A stretch of 31,034 nt of DNA from Flavobacteriaceae bacterium (lineage in GTDB: Bacteria; Bacteroidota; Bacteroidia; Flavobacteriales; Flavobacteriaceae), in NCBI GenBank assembly GCA_038133115.1, contig JAYPSS010000001.1:1-31034 (forward strand), read 5' to 3'. The notes under the pieces were generated by a model that saw nothing but the letters and a program-made list of their open reading frames with translations, ran no database searches and had not been told where the DNA came from. This document shows, piece after piece, positions 22,994 through 31,034 of the stretch; the first letter of the stretch is position 1, and each line of letters opens with the position of its first letter. Made by a program: the position numbers and the translations under genes.

Positions 22994-23856
22994 TGAAACG
23001 ACTCTTTTTAATTGAATATCACAAGATTAAGCACAGTAGATCGAGTATCATTCTTATATCGGCCTATTTTGTTTTTTTAACCCTCATTGCTTTGATAGCT
23101 GCGATCAAATTCGATATTGGCCCCATTGAATTTCATCTTGCCGACCAAGGGATCTTCAATTTTCCATTGATCTGGCATTTTAACAGCTTTATTGCGGCAT
23201 TTTTCAAACTCTTTTTAGCGGTAGTCATTGTTTCAATGATTTCGAACGAATACAGTAATCGAACCTTGAAACAGAACCTCATCGACGGGCTCTCGAAAAA
23301 GGAATTTATGGCTTCTAAGGTGATTGTTGTTGCAGTCTTTTCTGCACTTTCGACTTTGTTTGTAGCATTAATTTCATTGATTTTGGGAATGATTTATTCT
23401 GATTATACGGAGATCAGTATTGTATTTTCGGAACTCCATTTCCTATTACTCTATTTTCTAAAACTGTTTGGCTTCTTCAGTTTATGTCTTTTCTTAGGAA
23501 TCTTAATTAAACGTTCTGCTTTCGCTCTCGGATTTTTGATCGTACTCCTCATTGGCGAGCAAATTGTTTGGGGTATTGGGGGAGAGTTATTAGCTGAATA
23601 CGGAAATTTTGCTGAAAAAACAGACGCCTTTAGTCTAGCAAGCCAAATCAAAGGTTTCTTTCCGCTACAGGCCTCTTTCAATTTATTGCATGAACCGTTA
23701 ACACGTTTGAGTGCGATTCAATCCGTAGCCAAAGAACTCGGTGAAGATGTCGTACTCAACTACCAAACCACACTAAAAGAATTTGGAATCGCTATCGGAT
23801 ATACTCTTATTTATTTATGGAGTAGTCTAGCTATATTGAAGAAAAGAGACCTGTAA
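22993..23856 (+). CDS. ABC-2 type transporter permease
   Basis: About 6 TM segments and NEYSNRTLKQNLIDGLSK motif. TAATG coupling to the ATPase gene. Confidence 0.85.
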   Translation: MKRLFLIEYHKIKHSRSSIILISAYFVFLTLIALIAAIKFDIGPIEFHLADQGIFNFPLIWHFNSFIAAFFKLFLAVVIVSMISNEYSNRTLKQNLIDGLSKKEFMASKVIVVAVFSALSTLFVALISLILGMIYSDYTEISIVFSELHFLLLYFLKLFGFFSLCLFLGILIKRSAFALGFLIVLLIGEQIVWGIGGELLAEYGNFAEKTDAFSLASQIKGFFPLQASFNLLHEPLTRLSAIQSVAKELGEDVVLNYQTTLKEFGIAIGYTLIYLWSSLAILKKRDL

Positions 23857-23862
23857 GATCCG

Positions 23863-23870
23863 TATTTTTG
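23863..23870 (+). promoter_or_regulatory. Putative -7 element TATTTTTG for uvrB
   Basis: Perfect consensus (CG-TATTTTTG-CGGT-ATG) in an 18-nt intergenic gap. Confidence 0.7.
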
Positions 23871-23874
23871 CGGT

Positions 23875-25860
23875 ATGCGTTTTACACTAACCGCCGACTT
23901 TAAGCCTACTGGTGATCAACCTCAGGCGATTGAATCCTTATCGAGAGGGATAAAGGAAGGAGACCGGCATCAAACGCTTTTAGGGGTAACCGGTTCCGGT
24001 AAGACATTTACGATGGCTAACCTTATCGAAACGGTTCAACGGCCTACACTCGTTCTAGCACACAACAAGACCTTAGCTGCCCAACTTTACTCTGAATTCA
24101 AGCAATTTTTTCCAGATAACGCTGTAGAATATTTTGTTTCGTATTATGATTACTATCAACCCGAAGCCTATATACCGGCTAGTGGAACCTATATCGAGAA
24201 AGATCTTAGTATTAATGAAGATATCGAGAAGCTACGTCTGAGCACCACCTCTTCCCTTTTAAGTGGAAGAAGAGATGTCATCGTCATCGCCTCGGTGTCC
24301 TGTTTATACGGTATCGGAAACCCCATCGAATTTCAGAAGAACGTCATTAAAATCGAAAGAAATCAAGTAATTTCTAGAACTGCACTTCTGAAACAACTGG
24401 TACAATCCCTCTATTCGAGGACTACCGCAGATTTCAAGCACGGAAACTTCAGGGTAAAGGGAGATGTAATCGATGTGCACCCAGGATATGCAGATATTGC
24501 CTATCGCATTCACTTTTTTGGAGATGAAATTGAAGAAATAGAGGCGTTAGATCCCGTAAATCAGAACGTAATTGAAAGCTATGATCGATTGACGATCTAT
24601 CCGGCGAACATGTTTGTCACCTCTCCGGATGTGCTACAAAATGCGATACACCAGATTCAAGATGACCTTGTAAAGCAGATAGCGTATTTCAATGAGATCG
24701 GAAAACCTTTAGAAGCGAAACGTTTAGAAGAACGAACCACCTTCGATTTAGAAATGATGCGTGAGCTCGGATATTGTTCGGGAATTGAAAATTATTCTCG
24801 ATACCTCGACGGTCGAGCACCGGGCACAAGACCCTTCTGTCTCTTAGACTATTTTCCTGATGACTATTTAATGATCATTGATGAGAGCCACGTCACTATT
24901 CCACAGGTACACGCCATGTATGGAGGTGATCGATCTCGAAAGGAAAATCTGGTCGATTACGGATTTAGACTTCCGGCAGCACTCGATAACCGACCTCTCA
25001 AATTCGAAGAATTCGAAGCACTGCAAAATCAGGTACTCTATGTAAGTGCTACACCAGCAGATTATGAGCTAGCCCTTTGTGAAGGAGTATACACGGAACA
25101 ACTTATCAGACCTACGGGACTTCTAGATCCGATTATTGAAGTACGCCCGAGTAAAAATCAAATCGATGATCTTACCGAAGAAATTAAAATACGTGCAGAT
25201 AAAGACGAGCGTGTTCTAGTCACCACACTTACCAAACGAATGGCAGAAGAGCTCACAAAATACCTTACGAGGATCGGTGTTCGTTGTCGTTATATTCACA
25301 GTGATGTGGATACCCTTGAGCGTGTTGAAATCATGCAAGATCTTCGCAAAGGAATATTCGATGTACTTATCGGAGTAAATCTACTTAGAGAGGGTCTCGA
25401 TCTTCCCGAAGTATCTCTAGTTGCCATCATAGATGCAGACAAGGAAGGGTTTCTACGATCGAACCGAAGCCTTACACAGACCGTGGGTAGAGCGGCTCGA
25501 AATCTAAACGGTATGTCAATTATGTATGCAGATACCGTTACCGAAAGCATGCAACTCACCATCGATCAAACGGCATATCGAAGATCAAAGCAAGAGGCCT
25601 ACAATCAAGAGCATGGAATTCAGCCAAAAGCTCTAAATAAAGCTATTGAATCAACGCTAGTAAATACCAAAAAGGAGAAGAAGGATGCCCCGCGAGTAAA
25701 ACCAATTTCAGAAGAGGAATTGGCCTACATGAGTGGCAATGACCTCAATGATGAAATAAAAAGAACTCGAAAAGCCATGGAAGAAGCCGCTAAATCTTTA
25801 GACTTTATTGAGGCGGCCCGACTAAGAGATCAGCTTAAAACACTTCAAGAACAAGCATAA
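23875..25860 (+). CDS. uvrB: Excinuclease ABC subunit B
   Basis: GVTGSGKT, YYDYYQPEAY, IDESH, NLLREGLDLPEV motifs and a C-terminal UVR domain. Confidence 0.99.
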   Translation: MRFTLTADFKPTGDQPQAIESLSRGIKEGDRHQTLLGVTGSGKTFTMANLIETVQRPTLVLAHNKTLAAQLYSEFKQFFPDNAVEYFVSYYDYYQPEAYIPASGTYIEKDLSINEDIEKLRLSTTSSLLSGRRDVIVIASVSCLYGIGNPIEFQKNVIKIERNQVISRTALLKQLVQSLYSRTTADFKHGNFRVKGDVIDVHPGYADIAYRIHFFGDEIEEIEALDPVNQNVIESYDRLTIYPANMFVTSPDVLQNAIHQIQDDLVKQIAYFNEIGKPLEAKRLEERTTFDLEMMRELGYCSGIENYSRYLDGRAPGTRPFCLLDYFPDDYLMIIDESHVTIPQVHAMYGGDRSRKENLVDYGFRLPAALDNRPLKFEEFEALQNQVLYVSATPADYELALCEGVYTEQLIRPTGLLDPIIEVRPSKNQIDDLTEEIKIRADKDERVLVTTLTKRMAEELTKYLTRIGVRCRYIHSDVDTLERVEIMQDLRKGIFDVLIGVNLLREGLDLPEVSLVAIIDADKEGFLRSNRSLTQTVGRAARNLNGMSIMYADTVTESMQLTIDQTAYRRSKQEAYNQEHGIQPKALNKAIESTLVNTKKEKKDAPRVKPISEEELAYMSGNDLNDEIKRTRKAMEEAAKSLDFIEAARLRDQLKTLQEQA

Positions 25861-25889
25861 AAAAAGCCGCTCTACAGAGCGGCTTTTTT
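25861..25889. terminator. Bidirectional intrinsic terminator
   Basis: AAAAA-GCCGCTC-TACA-GAGCGGC-TTTTTT fills almost the whole gap between the convergent uvrB and sucC stops. Confidence 0.93.
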
Positions 25890-25890
25890 G

Positions 25891-27084
25891 TTAACTAAGT
25901 AATGCCTTTACTTTATCGGCAGCCTCTTGGAATTGGACTGCTGCGTGAACCTCTAATCCGGATTCTTCAATAATTTGTTTCGCAAGTTCTGCATTCGTTC
26001 CTTGCAAACGTACGATTATCGGAACGTTGATTTGATCTGCCATATTTTTGTAGGCCTCTACAATACCATTGGCCACACGATCGCAACGAACAATTCCTCC
26101 AAAAATATTTACAAGTATCGCCTTTACATTAAGATCCTTAAGAATAATTCTAAAGGCTTCTTCAACACGTTTCGCATCAGCAGTACCTCCAACATCTAAG
26201 AAGTTAGCTGGTTCTCCACCGGCCATTTTGATAAGGTCCATAGTAGCCATAGCCAATCCTGCACCATTAACCATACACCCAACGTTACCGTCAAGATCTA
26301 CGTAGTTTAGTCCAAGCGCCTTTGCTTCAACTTCGATCGGATTCTCCTCGCGCTCATCACGCATCTCTGCATAAGCTTTACGTCTAAACAGCGCATTGTC
26401 ATCAAGAGTCACCTTAGCATCAACGGCAATAATTTTATCGTCTGAGGTTTTAAGAACCGGGTTAATCTCAAACAAACTCGAATCACTCTCTACATAAGCT
26501 TTGTACAATTTAGTTACAAAACCAACCATCTCTTTGAAAGCTTTGCCTGAAAGGCCTAAGTTGAAAGCAATATTTCTTGCTTGAAAACCTGTGAGTCCAG
26601 TACTAGGGTCTACTTCTTCTGTAAAAATAAGATGAGGAGTTTTCTCAGCAACTTCCTCGATATCCATACCTCCTTCAGTAGAATACATAATCATGTTACG
26701 ACCAGTACCACGATTAAGTAGCACCGACATGTAAAACTCAGAAGTTTCACTTTCACCAGGATAATATACATCCTCTGCTACCAGTACCTGATGAACCTTC
26801 TTACCTTCAGCCGAAGTCTGAGGAGTAACTAGATTCATACCGATGATTTGATCAGCGATAGACTTAACCTCATCTAAATTCTTAGCAAGCTTTACACCTC
26901 CACCTTTACCACGTCCACCAGCGTGAACTTGTGCTTTAATCACATGCCAGCCAGTGCCAGTCTCTTCAGTTAAGGCTTTTGCAGCCGTTACAGCTTCATC
27001 TGCAGTTGAAGCTACTTTACCACGTTGAATACCTACCCCAAAACTGGCTAAAATCTCTTTTCCTTGAAACTCGTGAAGGTTCAT
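25891..27084 (-). CDS. sucC: Succinyl-CoA ligase (ADP-forming) beta subunit
   Basis: MNLHEFQGK, KAQVHAGGRGKGGG, NGAGLAMATMD, NFLDVGG and IFGGIVRCD motifs. No sucD adjacent. Confidence 0.98.
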   Translation of the reverse strand: MNLHEFQGKEILASFGVGIQRGKVASTADEAVTAAKALTEETGTGWHVIKAQVHAGGRGKGGGVKLAKNLDEVKSIADQIIGMNLVTPQTSAEGKKVHQVLVAEDVYYPGESETSEFYMSVLLNRGTGRNMIMYSTEGGMDIEEVAEKTPHLIFTEEVDPSTGLTGFQARNIAFNLGLSGKAFKEMVGFVTKLYKAYVESDSSLFEINPVLKTSDDKIIAVDAKVTLDDNALFRRKAYAEMRDEREENPIEVEAKALGLNYVDLDGNVGCMVNGAGLAMATMDLIKMAGGEPANFLDVGGTADAKRVEEAFRIILKDLNVKAILVNIFGGIVRCDRVANGIVEAYKNMADQINVPIIVRLQGTNAELAKQIIEESGLEVHAAVQFQEAADKVKALLS

Positions 27085-27107
27085 GCTTATCTATTAAAAT
27101 TGAGTTA

Positions 27108-27115
27108 CAAAAATA
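27108..27115 (-). promoter_or_regulatory. Putative -7 element TATTTTTG for sucC
   Basis: Perfect consensus 23 nt upstream of the ATG. Confidence 0.68.
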
Positions 27116-27199
27116 GGAAAGCACAACCAATAGGCCTACCAATTATTCCCTCTTTCTTCAATTCCGATTGTTTTATTTATAACTCTTTGTGATAAAATG

Positions 27200-27218
27200 A
27201 GAAATAATGATTATTTCT
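27200..27218. promoter_or_regulatory. Perfect 9-1-9 palindrome AGAAATAAT-G-ATTATTTCT, candidate transcription-factor operator
   Basis: Read directly in the sucC/lysA divergent intergenic region. The core ATAATnATTAT is shared with Fur/PerR-type boxes. Confidence 0.55.
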
Positions 27219-27271
27219 ATCTAATTATCCTTAGAAGACGCTTATTTTGTACCACCTTAATGATTTAAGTT

Positions 27272-28507
27272 ATGTCTCAAATTCCTTATATCGATATTGC
27301 TCAACAACACGGAGCACCCGTTTATATTTACGACGCTCATCGTATTGCAGCGCAATTTGAACGCCTGAAAAGTGCCTTTACCTCAGTAAATAACTTAAAA
27401 CTTCACTACGCAGTAAAAGCCAATTCTAACCTTAGTATCCTAAGACTAATTCACGGCCTAGGAGCAGGTCTTGATACAGTATCCATTGAAGAGGTAAAAC
27501 TGGGATTACTAGCAGGGGTACCTGCTGATCAAATCATCTACACACCGAATGGCGTTTCGATCGAAGAACTAGAAGAAGCGAGATCCTTAGGTATTCAAAT
27601 CAATATCGACAACCTATCGGTTCTAGAACTGTTCGGACAACGTTTTCCAGACACTCCCGTATGCGTCAGAATTAACCCGCATGTGATGGCTGGAGGTAAT
27701 AGCAACATATCGGTCGGACATATCGATTCAAAATTTGGAATTAGCATTCACCAAGTACCTCATATTAAAAGGATTGTTGACCTTACTGGAATGCATATTA
27801 ATGGGATCCATATGCACACAGGAAGTGATATTCTAGATATTGATGTCTTCTTATATGCTGCAGAAATTCTATTTGAAGCGGCTAAGAATTTTGACAACCT
27901 TGAGTTTATTGACTTTGGTAGCGGGTTCAAAGTTCCTTACAAGAAGGACGATATTGAAACGCCTATCGAAGAATTTGGTCAAAAATTATCAGAGCGATTC
28001 AACAGTTTTTGCAAATCCTATGGTAAGGAATTAACTCTTTCTTTTGAGCCAGGTAAATTCTTAGTGAGTCAAGCAGGTAAATTTGTCGCCAAAGTAAACG
28101 TGGTAAAGCAAACCACCTCCACGGTTTTTGCCGGGGTTGATTCTGGATTCAATCACCTGATGCGTCCAATGCTATATGGCGCCTACCATGAAATTGAAAA
28201 CCTAAGTAATCCTGATGGGAAACCTAGATTCTATTCGGTAGTCGGATACATATGTGAGACCGATACTTTTGGTAGCAATCGAAGAATCTCTGAAATCAAT
28301 GAAGGTGATTTTCTCGTATTTCACAATGCCGGAGCCTACTGTTTCTCAATGGCAAGTAACTACAATTCTAGATTACGCCCTGCAGAGGTGTTATGGATCA
28401 ATGGTAGAGCAGAACTAATCAGAGAACGCGAAACCTTTGAAGACCTTACCAAAGGTCAAATTGAAGTGAATGTAACTCTAGATACTCAACTTGCTGCAGA
28501 GGTTTAA
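27272..28507 (+). CDS. lysA: Diaminopimelate decarboxylase
   Basis: HYAVKAN (PLP lysine), HMHTGS, FEPGK, GYICETD and GAYCFSMASNYN motifs. Confidence 0.97.
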   Translation: MSQIPYIDIAQQHGAPVYIYDAHRIAAQFERLKSAFTSVNNLKLHYAVKANSNLSILRLIHGLGAGLDTVSIEEVKLGLLAGVPADQIIYTPNGVSIEELEEARSLGIQINIDNLSVLELFGQRFPDTPVCVRINPHVMAGGNSNISVGHIDSKFGISIHQVPHIKRIVDLTGMHINGIHMHTGSDILDIDVFLYAAEILFEAAKNFDNLEFIDFGSGFKVPYKKDDIETPIEEFGQKLSERFNSFCKSYGKELTLSFEPGKFLVSQAGKFVAKVNVVKQTTSTVFAGVDSGFNHLMRPMLYGAYHEIENLSNPDGKPRFYSVVGYICETDTFGSNRRISEINEGDFLVFHNAGAYCFSMASNYNSRLRPAEVLWINGRAELIRERETFEDLTKGQIEVNVTLDTQLAAEV

Positions 28508-28508
28508 T

Positions 28509-28516
28509 TATCTTTA
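28509..28516 (+). promoter_or_regulatory. Putative -7 element TATCTTTA for the thioredoxin-like gene
   Basis: One mismatch to consensus. It occupies the 13-nt gap and lies 4 nt before the ATG. Confidence 0.45.
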
Positions 28517-28520
28517 GACC

Positions 28521-29045
28521 ATGAAAGGATTGTTATCGCTATTCTTATCGATTGGTTTTTCGATTGGTCTATTTGCTCAAGAACAGAAAATTGAATGGTT
28601 AAGCTTTGAACAGGCTGTTCAGCGAATCGCTCAAGACGGAGACAATGAAAAGAAAATTTTCATTGACGTCTACACAGATTGGTGTGGGTGGTGTAAAAAA
28701 ATGGATAAAGAAACCTTTAATGACCCTGAAGTTCGAGCGTATATGATCAAGAACTTCTACATGGTTAAGTTCAATGCCGAACAAACCGAAGATGTTGTTT
28801 TTCAAGGACAGACTTATTCGTTTGTACCACAAGGTAAAAAGGGGTATCACGAATTAGCCGTAGCGCTTACTAACGGTAACTTAAGTTATCCGACCGTGGT
28901 TTACCTTACTTCTAAATTTGAAATGCTAGCTCCTGTTGTGGGCTATTATCCTGCAACACCATTTCTTACCGTCGCCAAGTACTTTGGAGACGATATCTTT
29001 AAAGATATGACCTGGAAAGACTACGAGGCCAGTCAATCAAAATAA
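28521..29045 (+). CDS. Secreted thioredoxin-fold protein (DUF255/SoxW-like)
   Basis: Signal peptide ending LFA-Q, IDVYTDWCGWCKKMDKETF (CxxC), VKFNAE and YPT motifs. Confidence 0.88.
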   Translation: MKGLLSLFLSIGFSIGLFAQEQKIEWLSFEQAVQRIAQDGDNEKKIFIDVYTDWCGWCKKMDKETFNDPEVRAYMIKNFYMVKFNAEQTEDVVFQGQTYSFVPQGKKGYHELAVALTNGNLSYPTVVYLTSKFEMLAPVVGYYPATPFLTVAKYFGDDIFKDMTWKDYEASQSK

Positions 29046-29046
29046 T

Positions 29047-30531
<1,485 letters not shown>

Positions 30532-30542
30532 TTAATTGCATG

Positions 30543-30550
30543 CAAAAATA
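30543..30550 (-). promoter_or_regulatory. Putative -7 element TATTTTTG for guaB
   Basis: Perfect consensus 23 nt upstream of the ATG, in the hmgL-guaB gap. Confidence 0.7.
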
Positions 30551-30572
30551 CTTAAAATTCTGGCACGAGCGC

Positions 30573-31034
30573 TTATGTGTAGCGACTAAAAAGATTTTTA
30601 GCCTTGTTGTAAGCGACTTCAAAACCGTGAATATCAATATTAATCAGTGCCTTTTGGGTGGTAAGGTAACTGATCAATTTTTCAGTCGGGAGATTTCCTA
30701 CCAAATGATCTGAGGCCATTGGGCAACCTCCAAAACCTTGTATAGCTCCATCAAATCGGCGGCATCCGGCTTTATATGCAGCATCTAAATTTGACTTCCA
30801 CTGATCGGGTCGAGTATGTAAATGCGCTCCAAAATTAAGCTCATTGTGCTCGGTTAAAACATACGAAAATACTTCGTGAATTCGCTCTGGCGTAGCATTT
30901 CCCATGGTATCTGAAAGTGAGAAGCAATCGATAGCTAAACCTTCGAATCGATGAATCCAATAACTAATTTGATCCAACCCCCATGGAGTACCATAGGGAT
31001 TCCCAAAACCCATAGAAAAATAAATCACCAACTT
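30573..31034 (-). CDS. Hydroxymethylglutaryl-CoA lyase (3' part; start outside window)
   Basis: Frame open to the window edge. YFSMGFGNPY, SLSDTMG, GAHLHT, FDGAIQGFGGCPMA and GNLPTE motifs. Confidence 0.9.
   Translation of the reverse strand, partial: KLVIYFSMGFGNPYGTPWGLDQISYWIHRFEGLAIDCFSLSDTMGNATPERIHEVFSYVLTEHNELNFGAHLHTRPDQWKSNLDAAYKAGCRRFDGAIQGFGGCPMASDHLVGNLPTEKLISYLTTQKALINIDIHGFEVAYNKAKNLFSRYT

Noticed and set aside
23857-23874. SOS/LexA operator upstream of uvrB
   Set aside because: The 18-nt gap is filled by the promoter box, and no convincing palindrome was seen.
25891-27084. sucC without adjacent sucD as a broken operon
   Set aside because: Separated sucC and sucD genes are the usual arrangement in Bacteroidota as I recall; the ORF is intact.
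27085-27271. Lysine riboswitch or sRNA upstream of lysA
   Set aside because: The region is very AT-rich with no long GC helices, and the predicted lysA leader is only about 20 nt. CAAT/ATTG (27159-27170), TAGGCCTA (27131-27138) and CTTAA/TTAAG (27256-27269) are too short or weak to call.
30536-30545. TTGCATGCAA palindrome at the guaB promoter and CATGCA shared with the guaA start as a gua-regulon operator
   Set aside because: Largely explained by the usual TTTGCA promoter end plus an ATG; a similar TTTGCATG occurs at the unrelated cca promoter.

Overview
Very gene-dense, mostly housekeeping chromosomal segment from a Bacteroidota (Flavobacteriaceae-like) genome. The assignment rests on gene content and order, TAnnTTTG-type -7 promoter elements, and secreted proteins with Gln at +1. 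There are 28 CDS: mnmA (partial), yidC, pyrG, Tat-exported Hyi-like TIM barrel, PBP1-fold protein, guaA, PNPOx-like, bshC, M14 peptidase, DUF5606, def, ruvX, dapD, two divergent glycosyltransferases, CCA-adding enzyme, COX15/CtaA, pRiA4b-ORF3-like protein, YejK-like nucleoid protein, a conserved hypothetical with kinase-like motifs, an ABC pair, uvrB, sucC, lysA, thioredoxin-like, guaB and HMG-CoA lyase (partial). I see no rRNA, tRNA, CRISPR array, transposase, integrase or defence island. The most interesting signals are regulatory and inferential. At pyrG and guaB the predicted transcription start falls on C (pyrG) or G (guaB) residues that close a hairpin covering or abutting the start codon, suggesting NTP-sensing start-site switching. 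Other leads are a perfect 19-bp Fur-family-like palindrome between sucC and lysA, several near-leaderless genes, an unannotated atypical kinase candidate, and a CtaA with a His-to-Asn change plus a CBM5/12-like insert. All family calls are by motif recognition without database searches, and all promoter and TSS positions are predictions.
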